Notes under the pieces: model-generated
What the model was told of the DNA's origin: nothing
The model's database searches: none
What the model saw: only the letters and a program-made list of their open reading frames with translations
Assembly: GCA_963828235.1 (NCBI GenBank)
Contig: CAWHDY010000001.1
Location: 94,920 to 158,919, forward strand
DNA: 64,000 nucleotides
Direction: 5' to 3'
Source of the DNA: an uncultured delta proteobacterium
GTDB taxonomy: Bacteria > Myxococcota > Myxococcia > Myxococcales > Anaeromyxobacteraceae
Shown here: positions 31,599 through 41,207 of the stretch, piece by piece
Position numbering within the stretch: the first letter of the stretch is position 1
How the letters are laid out: each line of letters begins with the position of its first letter
Position numbers and translations under genes: made by a program

Positions 31599-33769
31599 CT
31601 ACCTCGTCCGCCGGAACGCGTCGCGGATCGCGAAGGCCCAGAGCGCCAGCCCGAGCGGCGCCGCGACCGCGAGCTTGCCGAGGAGCACGTACGGCGACGG
31701 GTGCGGCGGCGGGACGACCCCGCGCCAGAACCAGATCACGAACACGGCGAAGAGCGTCCCGGCGAGGAGCAGGGCTCCCAGCGCGGCGGCGCCGTGGAAC
31801 AGCTGCCCCGCCCCGCACCCGGCGATGGAGAGGATGCGGGTCGCGACGCTCACGAACTGGCCGTGCCGCCGGACCTGCGCCTCCTTCCGCAGCCGGTCGC
31901 GCGCGTCGACGAGCCCCTTGCGCACGAACACGTTCACGCACTGCCCGCAGAGGTCGCCCGCCGACGGATCGCAGCGGCGGCAGGCGGCGCCGTCCGCAGC
32001 GGTCGCACGCGCGCGCCGGACGGAGCCGGCGCGCCCGCGAGCCCGAGCAGCCACAGCGCGGCGAGGAGCGCGAGCGGCGCCCAGGGCCAGGCGGCGCGCG
32101 GCAGGTTCCCCGCGAGCCGCTTCCGCGCCCACGCCGCGAGCGCGTCGGGGGTGCCGTCGGTCGCGGCGAGCGCCCGGATCTTCTCGTCGGGCACCGGGAC
32201 GTCCACGAGGTAGCGGTTCGCGGAGAAGTCCTCGTCGGAGCCGTGGCGGCGCAGGAACTCCCCGGCCTCGCGCTCCGCCCGCTCGCGCGCGGCGGCGCTC
32301 TGGCTCATGTCGGAGGTGCGAAGGTACAGCTTCGAGAGGTCGTAGTTCGCGGCGCCGAGCACGACGAGGTCGCCGGCGGCCCGGTCGGTGGCGGCGAGGT
32401 ACGCCGCCTTCGCGCCCTCGAGGTCGTCCTTCAGGAACAGGACGTTCCCGACGTTCACCTGCAGCTCGGGCGCGCGCGGATCCGCGGCGGCGGCGAGGCG
32501 GTAGTACCGGAGCGCCTCGTCCAGCCGTCCGCGCCGCTTGTGGTGACGTCCCAGGGCCGCGTAGACCGGGCCCGGGGCCGGGGCGTCGGAGAACCGCGCC
32601 GCGACCGCCGCCGCCGCCTCGTCCGAGACCGCGCCGTGCTCGAGCTCGTACACGACCTCGGCGAGGCTCCCCGTCCAGGCCGTCGCGCGGGCCGCCGCCC
32701 CGGCGGCCCAGGGGATCGCGACGAGCGCGGCGAGCGCGACCGTCGCCACGATCCGCTCGGCGAGCCCGAGGTACAGCCACACCGCGACGAGGGCCACCGC
32801 GGCGGCCGAGACGGGCCCGAGGCCGAAGGCGACCGGAACGCCGAGCAGCACGAGCGCGAGGAAGCTCGACTGGACGACCGCGGTGCCGCGCAGGAGCGGC
32901 AGGTGGTGGAAGTCGTGGAGGAACAGCCGCAGCCGCCGCGCGACCAGGAGGAGCAAGGTCGCGAGCGACGCGACGAGCGCGGCGGCGAGCGCGGCCGAGG
33001 CCAGGTCGCCGTAGAACGACCTCAGGGTGTGCGGCTCCCGGACGATCGCGACGACGGCGTCCCGCAGCGCCGCGAGCGCCGGCCCCGGCCTCGAGGGCGC
33101 GTCCGCGAACGCGGCCCGGGCGAGGGCCAGGTGGGCGTCCGGGAGGTCGGGCGCGAGGGCGACGGCGGACCGCGCGTGGGCGATCGCCTCGCCGAACAGG
33201 TTCGACTGCAGGGCGCGCCGCGAGTCGCGGATCTCGACGGCCGCGAGCGGGACCACGTTCGCCATCCCGAGCTCGTTGCGGACCGCGAGCAGCGCCTTCT
33301 CCGCCCCCTCCGCCTTGATCGCGTCCGCCTCGCGCAGCGCGGTCCGCCGCTCCGCCCAGATCGCCATCAGCTTCGGGTAGGTCGCCTGCACCGGCAGCAT
33401 CCGGCGCGAGAGGTCCGCCGCCGGCGAGCGCGGCGGCTGCGCGGCGGGCGTCGCCGGGCGGGCCGGCGAGGTCTGCGCCCCCGCGGCCGGGGCGGTCGTC
33501 GCGTCGGGGGAGGTCGGGGGCGCGGCGGGTCCCGGCCCGGGGGCCGCCGGGGCGGCGGGCGCCGGCTTCGCGGGGCGGGGGGGGCCGAGGTCGGGCTCGG
33601 GGGCGCCGCGGCCGGGGGGCCGGGCCGGCGCAGGGGCCTCCTCCGCCGGGGGAGCCTCCTCCGCCTCGTCGACGAGCCTCGGGGCCGCGATCTGCGCTCG
33701 GGCGGCGGGCGGCAGCGCCGCCGCGGCGAGCAGGAGGGCGGCGAGGGCAATCTTTCCGCGGGTCGGCAC
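31599..33769 (-). CDS. TPR-containing polytopic membrane protein with a six-Cys motif; two +1 indels near 32028 and 31990
   Basis: Signal peptide, Pro-rich linker, TPRs (ALRYYRLAAAADP, VNVGNVLFL), several TMs. The joined frames give CDRC-GR-x-A-CRRC-DPSAGDL-CGQC followed by C-terminal TMs. Confidence 0.7.
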
Positions 33770-33819
33770 GCGAGAACTCGATGCTAGCACGGGGGGCTTT
33801 CGGCTAAACAGTTCGGCTC

Positions 33820-34677
33820 ATGTCCCGCGCACAGGTCGCCATCGAGCGGCTCCTCTCGATCATGGAACGCCTCCGCGGCCCGCAGGGCTGCCCCTGGGAC
33901 CGCGAGCAGACGCTGAGGTCGCTCCGGCCCTACGTCCTCGAGGAGACGTACGAGGTGCTCGAGGCGATCGACGCGGACGACCCCCGCGAGCACTGCGCGG
34001 AGCTCGGCGATCTGCTCCTCCAGATCGTCTTCCAGGCGCAGCTCCGGAAGGAGGAGGGCCGCTTCGAGTTCGCCGACGTCGCGGACGCGATCACGGACAA
34101 GCTCGTGTCTCGCCACCCTCACGTGTTCGGGGACGCGGAGGCCAAGGACGCCGACGCGGTGCTCCGGCAATGGGCGGCCCTGAAGCGCGAGGAGAACCGG
34201 AAGAAGGGCGGCGGCGCGAGCGTGCTCGAGGGCGTGCCCCGGGAGATGCCGGCGCTCGCCCGCGCCGACCGGCTGACCGAGAAGGCGAGCCGGATCGGCT
34301 TCGACTGGCCGGACGCCGCGGGCGCCCGGACGAAGGTGTCGGAGGAGATCCGGGAGCTCGACGAGGCGATCGCGGGCGGGGATCGGGAGGCGATCGAGCA
34401 CGAGCTCGGCGACGCGCTCTTCGCGCTGGCCAACCTGTCGCGCAAGCTCGACGTGGCCCCGGAGGAGGCGCTCCGGGCCGCGCTCGCCCGGTTCGTCGCC
34501 CGGTTCACCCACGTCGAGCGGGAGCTGGAGCGGCGCGGCGTCGGCCACGGGCAGGCCACGCTCGCCGAGATGGACGCGATCTGGGACGAGGCCAAAGATC
34601 TCGAGCGTCAAGCGAAAACTGGCGCCGCGGAGCCTCCCCAGGATTTTCCACACGGCTTGGGGAAAGACCGTGGATAA
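33820..34677 (+). CDS. mazG: Nucleoside triphosphate pyrophosphohydrolase MazG
   Basis: LRGPQGCPWDREQT, EETYEV, ELGDLLLQIVF, RHPHVFG, GFDWPD, ELGDALF. Confidence 0.96.
   Translation: MSRAQVAIERLLSIMERLRGPQGCPWDREQTLRSLRPYVLEETYEVLEAIDADDPREHCAELGDLLLQIVFQAQLRKEEGRFEFADVADAITDKLVSRHPHVFGDAEAKDADAVLRQWAALKREENRKKGGGASVLEGVPREMPALARADRLTEKASRIGFDWPDAAGARTKVSEEIRELDEAIAGGDREAIEHELGDALFALANLSRKLDVAPEEALRAALARFVARFTHVERELERRGVGHGQATLAEMDAIWDEAKDLERQAKTGAAEPPQDFPHGLGKDRG
34644..34677. promoter_or_regulatory. Cluster of three DnaA-box-like 9-mers
   Basis: TTTTCCACA (34644-52, perfect TTWTNCACA); on the reverse strand CTTTCCCCA (34658-66, 2 mismatches) and TTATCCACG (34669-77, 1 mismatch). Further weak boxes at 34802-10 and 34849-57. 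Confidence 0.6.
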
Positions 34678-35097
34678 CTCCGCGGGGGTGGCCCGGCGGA
34701 TCCGGGTTTTCGCCGCTCCGCTGCCCCCGTAGACACCCTGACGCACCAATTTCCCATTGAGATTCCGTAGCGTTGAGGCGGAATCGGCCTGTTTCGGGAC
34801 CTGTGCGACATCGGCGACCTCCGCGACGTCGTTCGAGATTTGGGCGGAGGTGGACAACTCTCCGTCGGCTCTCGCTTTTCCGGTCCGCACGCCACGCGGG
34901 ATCGCCGCGCGGGATCGCGGCGCGGGCTTGAGCCACAAGGACCGCGCGCGACCTCGCCGTGCAAGCCCGCTCGGCAGTAGGGTCCGCGTGGCACGCGCCG
35001 TTCCCGGTCTCGCCGCCGTAGGGTCCGCCGTGCACCCGGGCCGACGGTCCGGGCCCGCGGACTGCGGCAGGACGGCGCGACCAGAGCCCTCAACCCC

Positions 35098-35126
35098 TTG
35101 ACGCGGCTCGCGATGGGCGGTAATTA
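35098..35126 (+). promoter_or_regulatory. Sigma70-like promoter of rpsT (TTGACG-N17-TAATTA)
   Basis: Near-consensus -35 and an AT-rich -10, about 35 nt upstream of the rpsT TTG. Confidence 0.55.
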
Positions 35127-35160
35127 GCGCGCCCTCCCACCTTCCACGGAAGAGGTCAGC

Positions 35161-35436
35161 TTGGCGAACACCGCATCGGCCGAGAAGCGCAACCGACAGG
35201 CCCAGAAGCGCCGCGCCCGCAACGTCGGCGTCCGCACCGGCGTGAAGGGCGCCGTGAAGAAGGTCCGCGAGGCGCTCGACAAGGGCGACACCGCGGGCGC
35301 GAAGGCGGCGCTCCACGTCGCCGAGAAGGCGCTCGACCGGGCCGCCTCGAAGGGCGTGCTGCACCGCAACGCCGCGTCGCGCCGCATCTCGCGCCTCGCC
35401 CACGCCGTCGCGAAGACCGCGCCGGCCGCGAAGTAG
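35161..35436 (+). CDS. rpsT: 30S ribosomal protein S20
   Basis: MANTASAEKRNRQ...KGVLHRNAASRRISRL. Confidence 0.97.
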   Translation: MANTASAEKRNRQAQKRRARNVGVRTGVKGAVKKVREALDKGDTAGAKAALHVAEKALDRAASKGVLHRNAASRRISRLAHAVAKTAPAAK

Positions 35437-35441
35437 CGCTC

Positions 35442-35909
35442 CTACCTCTCGAAAGCTCGCAGCAGCTCGCGCGCGGCCTCGTCCGCGACGCGGCGCAGCG
35501 CGAGCGCCCGCCGTCCCTCGGTCTCGAGCGGATCCGCGCCCGCGAGGAAGTCCACCTCGCGGCGGACGGTCCTCTCGACGGGGCGCTCCGGCGTCGCCAG
35601 GAGGCGCGCCCGCAGCTCGACTCCGACGCGCCACGTCACCCCCGCGGTGGAGGTGAGGACGGGCTCGGTGGCGCGGACCTCGCCGTCGAGCACGGCCCCG
35701 GCCCCCTCCCCCGCGTCGGCGCCGCGCCGGGCGAGCTCGCCGCGCAGCGCGGCCGTCACGACCGCGCCGAGCTCGGGCTCCGTCGACCCGTTCACGAACG
35801 GCCGGACGTGGATCCGGCCGACGCCGCCGGCGGCGACGTAGCGCTGGCTGAACCCGTAGCCGCAGCCGGCGAACGCGAGGAGGGCCCCGATCGCGAGCGC
35901 GGCCTTCAC
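35442..35909 (-). CDS. lptE: LPS assembly lipoprotein LptE family
   Basis: Lipobox FAGCGY, IHVRPFVNGSTEPELG; directly downstream of leuS as in the conserved leuS-lptE order. Confidence 0.75.
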   Translation of the reverse strand: MKAALAIGALLAFAGCGYGFSQRYVAAGGVGRIHVRPFVNGSTEPELGAVVTAALRGELARRGADAGEGAGAVLDGEVRATEPVLTSTAGVTWRVGVELRARLLATPERPVERTVRREVDFLAGADPLETEGRRALALRRVADEAARELLRAFER

Positions 35910-38401
35910 TAGCCCACCACGAAGTTCACGAGCCGCTTCGGGACGAACACGACCTTGCGGATCGTCTTGCCGGCGAGGTGCGCCTGGACGCGCTCCTGCG
36001 CCTCGGCCAGCGCGCGGACCTCCGCCTCGCCCGCCGACGCCGGCGCCTGCACCTCGCCCCGGAGCTTCCCGTTCACCTGCACCGCGATCGTCACGGTGTC
36101 CGCGACGACCAGGGCGGGGTCGAAGCGGGGCCAGGGCTCGTCCGCGAGGAGCCGGTCGCGCGCCCCGCTCCCCTGCACCTCGTGCCAGAGCTCCTCCGCC
36201 GCGTGAGGCGCGAACGGCGCGAGCATCGTCGCGAGCGCGACGAGCGCCTCGCGGACCACCGCGCGCTCCGCGTCGGTCCGCGGCTCGAGCGGGTAGAGGG
36301 CGTTCACGAGCTCCATCAGCGCCGCGATGCCCGTGTTGAACTTGAGCTCCTTGTCGAAGCCGTCGGTCACGCGCTGGATCGTCCGGTGCGTGCGGCGCCG
36401 GAGCTCCAGGAATGGTCCTTCCGCCTGCCCGAGGTGCGACGGGTCCGCGCGGAAGCAGTCCTGCCGCGCGTGGAACAGGCGCCACACCCGGGCGAGGAAG
36501 CGGAAGAGGCCGTCGACCTGCTCGTCCGACCAGTCGATGTCCTTCTCGGGCGGGGCGGCGAACAGGATGAAGAGCCGGAGCGTGTCGGCGCCGTACTTCC
36601 GCACCATGGGCCCCGGCGTCACGACGTTCCCCCACCGCTTCGACATCTTGCGGCCGTCGGGACCGTTGACGATGCCCTGCGTGACGAGCCGCTTGCACGG
36701 CTCGTCCTCGTGCGTGAGGCCGAGCAGGTGCATCACCCGGTGCCAGAACCGGAAGTAGAGCAGGTGCATCACCGCGTGCTCGGGCCCGCCGACGTAGACG
36801 TCGATGGGGAGCCACCGCCGCGCCAGCTCCGGGTCGAACGGGCGGCGGTCGTCGTGCGGCGAGAGGTACCGCGCGTAGTACCAGGACGAGTCGACGAACG
36901 TGTCCATCGTCTCGACCTCGCGCCGGGCGGGCTTGCCGCAGCGCGGGCAGGTCGTGTTGACGAACGCGGGGACCTTCGCGAGCGGCGGCTCGCCCTTCCC
37001 CGTGATGATCGCCTCGTCGGGGAGGACGACGGGGAGCTGGTCGTCCGGGACGGGCACGATGCCGTCCGTGTCGCAGTAGACGACGGGGATGGGGGTGCCC
37101 CAGTAGCGCTGCCGCGAGAAGCCCCAGTCCCGGAGGTGCCACCGCACGGTGGGCTTCCCGAACCCGCCCGTCCGGGCCTCCTCGCCCATCACCTCGCGCG
37201 CCTTCGCGCTCGGGAGGCCGCTGAACTTCCCGGACGCCTCGACGACGCCGTCCTCGGTGAACGCCGCCTGGAGCGCGTCGCCGCCGGGGAGCCGGTCGCC
37301 CTGCGCCGGCTGGATGACGACGCGGATCGGCAGCCCGTACTTCTTCGCGAACTCGAAGTCGCGCTGGTCGTGGGCCGGGACGCTCATCACCGCGCCGGTG
37401 CCGTAGCCCGCGAGCACGAAGTTCGCGATCCACACCGGGACCCGCTCGCCCGTGTACGGGTTCACCGCGTGCGAGCCGGTGAACACGCCCTCCTTGGGCG
37501 CGTCCTCGCCGGTGCGCTCCGCCGCGTCGGTCTTCCGCATCCGCTCGACGAACGCGCGGACCTCCGCGCGCCGCTCGGGCACCGTGACGCGCTCGACGAG
37601 GGGGTGCTCGGGAGCGAGCACGACGTAGGTGCACCCGAAGATCGTGTCGACGCGCGTGGTGAACACGTCGATCGCCGCCTGGTCCGGGACGGCGAACGCG
37701 ACCTCCGCGCCGACGCTCTTGCCGATCCAGTTGCGCTGCATCGTCGTGACGCGCTCGGGCCACTCGGTCAGGCCGTCGAGCCCGTCGAGCAGGTCCTGGG
37801 CGAACGCGGTGATCTTGAAGGCCCACTCCGGGATGACCTTCTCGACGACGAGCGACTCGCACCGCTCGCAGTGGTCGTCGACGACCTGCTCGTTCGCGAT
37901 CACGGTGTTGCAGCCGGTGCACCAGTTCGCCTTGCCCTCGCGCCGGTACACGATCCCGCGCTCGAGCATGCGCAGGAAGAACCACTGGTTCCAGCGGTAG
38001 TACTCGGGATCCGCGGTGACGATCTCGCGCTCCCAGTCGAAGGAGAAGCCGAGGCTCTTCAGCTCGGCGCGGAACGCCACGATGTTCTCGCGCGTCCGCT
38101 CGCCCGGGTGGCGTCCGTCCTTGATGGCGGCGTTCTCGGCGGGGAGCCCGAGCGCGTCGAACCCGATCGGGTGGATGACGTCGTAGCCGCGCATCCGGAG
38201 GTAGCGGGCGAGGGCGTCGCCGATCGTGTACACGCGCCCGTGTCCCATGTGCATCGCGCCGGACGGGTACGGGAACATCTCGAGGACGTAGCGGGGCTCC
38301 GCGTCGGGTCGGCGACCGGCACGGAAGGCGCCCGCCTGCTCCCAGCGGGTCTGCCAGCGGGGCTCGATGGAATGGGGCTCGTAGCGCTCGTTCATCGACA
38401 T
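35909..38401 (-). CDS. leuS: Leucine--tRNA ligase
   Basis: [13 protein letters not shown] (HIGH), KMSKR (KMSKS), [19 protein letters not shown]. Confidence 0.98.
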   Translation of the reverse strand: MSMNERYEPHSIEPRWQTRWEQAGAFRAGRRPDAEPRYVLEMFPYPSGAMHMGHGRVYTIGDALARYLRMRGYDVIHPIGFDALGLPAENAAIKDGRHPGERTRENIVAFRAELKSLGFSFDWEREIVTADPEYYRWNQWFFLRMLERGIVYRREGKANWCTGCNTVIANEQVVDDHCERCESLVVEKVIPEWAFKITAFAQDLLDGLDGLTEWPERVTTMQRNWIGKSVGAEVAFAVPDQAAIDVFTTRVDTIFGCTYVVLAPEHPLVERVTVPERRAEVRAFVERMRKTDAAERTGEDAPKEGVFTGSHAVNPYTGERVPVWIANFVLAGYGTGAVMSVPAHDQRDFEFAKKYGLPIRVVIQPAQGDRLPGGDALQAAFTEDGVVEASGKFSGLPSAKAREVMGEEARTGGFGKPTVRWHLRDWGFSRQRYWGTPIPVVYCDTDGIVPVPDDQLPVVLPDEAIITGKGEPPLAKVPAFVNTTCPRCGKPARREVETMDTFVDSSWYYARYLSPHDDRRPFDPELARRWLPIDVYVGGPEHAVMHLLYFRFWHRVMHLLGLTHEDEPCKRLVTQGIVNGPDGRKMSKRWGNVVTPGPMVRKYGADTLRLFILFAAPPEKDIDWSDEQVDGLFRFLARVWRLFHARQDCFRADPSHLGQAEGPFLELRRRTHRTIQRVTDGFDKELKFNTGIAALMELVNALYPLEPRTDAERAVVREALVALATMLAPFAPHAAEELWHEVQGSGARDRLLADEPWPRFDPALVVADTVTIAVQVNGKLRGEVQAPASAGEAEVRALAEAQERVQAHLAGKTIRKVVFVPKRLVNFVVG

Positions 38402-38495
38402 GGGGCCGGGGATATTACCGGAGGGGCGGGCGCGGGCGCGAGCGTCACGGCGCGATATCCTTGGGACGCTCGACGCCCCGATCCGAGGAGCCGCC

Positions 38496-39800
38496 ATGTT
38501 CCCGCCCGTCCACGTCGCCGACATCGCCCGTCACGAAGGCCAGGAGGTGACGCTGCACGGCTGGCTCCACGGCCGCCGCTCCTCCGGGAAGCTCCACTTC
38601 CTCCAGCTCCGCGACGGGACCGGCACGATCCAGTGCGTCGTCTTCAAGGGGAACGTGTCCCCCGAGACGTTCCGCGAGGCGGACCACCTCCCGCAGGAGA
38701 CGAGCCTCGCGGTGACGGGGCTCGTGAAGCGCGACGAGCGCTCGCCCATCGGGTTCGAGCTGGACGTCCGCGGGCTCCGGGTGTTCGCGGTGCCCGTCCG
38801 CGAGTTCCCGCTCGGCCACAAGGAGCACGGGGTCGCGTTCCTGATGGAGCAGCGCCACCTGTGGCTCCGGTCGCAGCAGCAGCAGGTCATCCTGCGGGTG
38901 CGCCACACGGTCGAGAAGGCGATCCGGGACTTCCTCGACGGGCGCGGCTTCACGCTCGTCGACGCGCCCATCTTCACGCCCGCCGCGTGCGAGGGGACCT
39001 CGACGCTGTTCGAGGTGCCGTACTTCGACCTCGGGAAGGCCTACCTGACGCAGTCCGGCCAGCTCTACATGGAGGCGGCCGCGATGGCGCTCGGGAAGGT
39101 CTACTGCTTCGGGCCGACCTTCCGCGCGGAGAAGTCGAAGACCCGCCGCCACCTGACCGAGTTCTGGATGGTCGAGCCGGAGGTCGCCTACATGGACCTC
39201 GACGGCGACATGGCGCTCATGGAGGAGTTCGTGTCGTACGTCGTCCAGACCGCGCTCGAGCGCCACCGCAAGGAGCTCGTCTCCGTGCTCGAGCGCGACG
39301 TCTCGAAGCTCGAGGACGTGAAGCCGCCGTTCCCCCGGATCACCTACTCGGAGGCGGTGGAGGTCATCCAGCGTGCCGGGCACCCGATGACCTGGGGAGA
39401 GGACATCGGCGGGGACGAGGAGACCCTCGTCGCGAGCCAGTTCGATCGACCGGTGATGGTCCACCGGTACCCCGCCTCGCTGAAGGCCTTCTACTTCAAG
39501 AAGGACCCGCTGGACCCGCGGGTCGCGCTCGGCTGCGACGTGCTCGCGCCGGAGGGCTACGGCGAGATCATCGGGGGCGGCCAGCGCGAGGACGACCTCG
39601 CCACCCTCGAGGCGGGGATCGCCGAGCACCGGCTGCCGCGGGAGGCGTTCGAGTGGTACCTCGACCTCCGCCGCTACGGGAGCGTGCCCCACGCCGGCTT
39701 CGGCATGGGGGTCGAGCGCTGCGTCGCCTGGATCTGCGGGCGCCACCACGTGCGCGAGACGATCCCGTTCGCGCGAACGATCGAGCGGATCGCGCCGTAG
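38496..39800 (+). CDS. asnS: Asparagine--tRNA ligase
   Basis: [55 protein letters not shown]; SD GAGGAG. Confidence 0.93.
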   Translation: MFPPVHVADIARHEGQEVTLHGWLHGRRSSGKLHFLQLRDGTGTIQCVVFKGNVSPETFREADHLPQETSLAVTGLVKRDERSPIGFELDVRGLRVFAVPVREFPLGHKEHGVAFLMEQRHLWLRSQQQQVILRVRHTVEKAIRDFLDGRGFTLVDAPIFTPAACEGTSTLFEVPYFDLGKAYLTQSGQLYMEAAAMALGKVYCFGPTFRAEKSKTRRHLTEFWMVEPEVAYMDLDGDMALMEEFVSYVVQTALERHRKELVSVLERDVSKLEDVKPPFPRITYSEAVEVIQRAGHPMTWGEDIGGDEETLVASQFDRPVMVHRYPASLKAFYFKKDPLDPRVALGCDVLAPEGYGEIIGGGQREDDLATLEAGIAEHRLPREAFEWYLDLRRYGSVPHAGFGMGVERCVAWICGRHHVRETIPFARTIERIAP

Positions 39801-39870
39801 CTCTCCCCGACCCCTCCACCGGCTGCCGCCGGGGCGAGGGAGAAATGGCCATCGCGGAGCGGCGTGCGCG

Positions 39871-40248
39871 TCAGCCGAGGCGGAGCAGGGCCCTGACCGC
39901 GTCGATGACCTCGGCGGCCTCCACCGGCTTCACGAGGTAGGCGTTGGCGCCGAGGCGCAGCGCGCGGTCGCGATCCGCCTCCGCGCTCTCGGTCGTGACG
40001 ACGACGACGGGGACGCTCTGGTGGGCGCCCCCCGAGCGGACGAGCGCGACGAGCTTCAGGCCGTCGAGGAGCGGCATGTTGACGTCGGTCACGACGACGT
40101 CGAACGCCGCGGTGGAGAGCTTCCGCCAGGCGTCCGCGCCGTCGGTCGCCTCCACCGTGCTCATGCCCGCGATGTGCCGGAGCGCGTCCGCGAGCTGCTT
40201 GCGCATCGCGCCGCTGTCGTCCACCACGAGTGCGTGAAGGTGCGCCAT
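39871..40248 (-). CDS. cheY: Single-domain response regulator, CheY-like
   Basis: LVVDDS, VVTDVNMPLLDG, VTT, AYLVKP. Confidence 0.9.
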   Translation of the reverse strand: MAHLHALVVDDSGAMRKQLADALRHIAGMSTVEATDGADAWRKLSTAAFDVVVTDVNMPLLDGLKLVALVRSGGAHQSVPVVVVTTESAEADRDRALRLGANAYLVKPVEAAEVIDAVRALLRLG

Positions 40249-40326
40249 GCGATCAGGTCCTCCGGCCGGGCCGGATCGAGGATCCGGCGAGTCCGCCGGG
40301 CGGGACGGGGTCGGGGGCTCCGCGCC

Positions 40327-41202
40327 TCACGAGCGCTCCTCCCCGTCGGGCCGGCGCGCCGGCTTGCGGTACACGAGGTCGGTCTTCAGGTGGACGAGCT
40401 CGAAGTCGGCGGTGACGTTGAGGAGCGACTCGGAGTGGCCGAGGAGGAGCCAGCCGCCGTCCCGGAGCTTCTCGTGGAACATGCGCAGCAGCCGCTTCCG
40501 CGCCGGCAGGTCGAAGTAGATCATGACGTTCCGGCAGACGAGCACGTCGATGCGCGCGAGGCCCGCGAGGGCGTGCGGGTCGAGCAGGTTCTCGCGGCCG
40601 AACCGGACCATCCGCCGCAGCTCGTCGTCGATCGCCCACTTGCCCCCCCGCAGGTGGAACCAGCGGCGCATCGGGGCCGCCTCCGCGTTCCGGAACGCGT
40701 GCTCGCCGTACACGCCGGCGCGGGCGTGCTCGACGCACCGGCTCGAGATGTCGCAGCCGACGATCTCCACGTCCCAGCCGTCGAACAGGTGCGAGTCCTT
40801 CAGCAGGACGGCGATCGTGTACGGCTCCTCGCCGGTGGAGCAGCCCGCGGAGAGGACGCGGAGGCTGCGCTCCGCGGCGTGCGTCCGGGCGAGCTCGGGC
40901 AGGATCTCCCGCGCCAGCGCGTCGAGCTGCATCGGCTCGCGGTAGAAGTAGGTCTCGTTGGTCGTCAGCAGGTCGACGGCGAGCTGGAGCTCGAGCGTCC
41001 GTCCGGGATCGAAGCGGAGGAAGCGGTGGTACCCGCCGTAGCTCCGGAGGCCGAGGGCCTCCAGCCGCGGCCAGAGCCGCCGCTCGAGCAGGTAGCGGGT
41101 CTCGTCGCGGAAGGAGATCCCGCAGTGCTCGTGGATCAGCTCGCGGAGGAGCCGGAACTCCTCGTCCGTCATTCGCGGCTGGCCGTCCGCGGGGGGCGAC
41201 AT
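40327..41202 (-). CDS. cheR: Chemotaxis methyltransferase CheR
   Basis: LTTNETYFYRE, SAGCSTGEEPYTIA, GCDIS, CRNVMIYFD, LLLGHSESL. Confidence 0.95.
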   Translation of the reverse strand: MSPPADGQPRMTDEEFRLLRELIHEHCGISFRDETRYLLERRLWPRLEALGLRSYGGYHRFLRFDPGRTLELQLAVDLLTTNETYFYREPMQLDALAREILPELARTHAAERSLRVLSAGCSTGEEPYTIAVLLKDSHLFDGWDVEIVGCDISSRCVEHARAGVYGEHAFRNAEAAPMRRWFHLRGGKWAIDDELRRMVRFGRENLLDPHALAGLARIDVLVCRNVMIYFDLPARKRLLRMFHEKLRDGGWLLLGHSESLLNVTADFELVHLKTDLVYRKPARRPDGEERS

Positions 41203-41207
41203 GCGGG

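Noticed and set aside
34644-34860. oriC
   Set aside because: No dnaA, dnaN or parAB nearby, few boxes, and no clear DUE or DnaA-trio run; kept only as a DARS/datA-like candidate.
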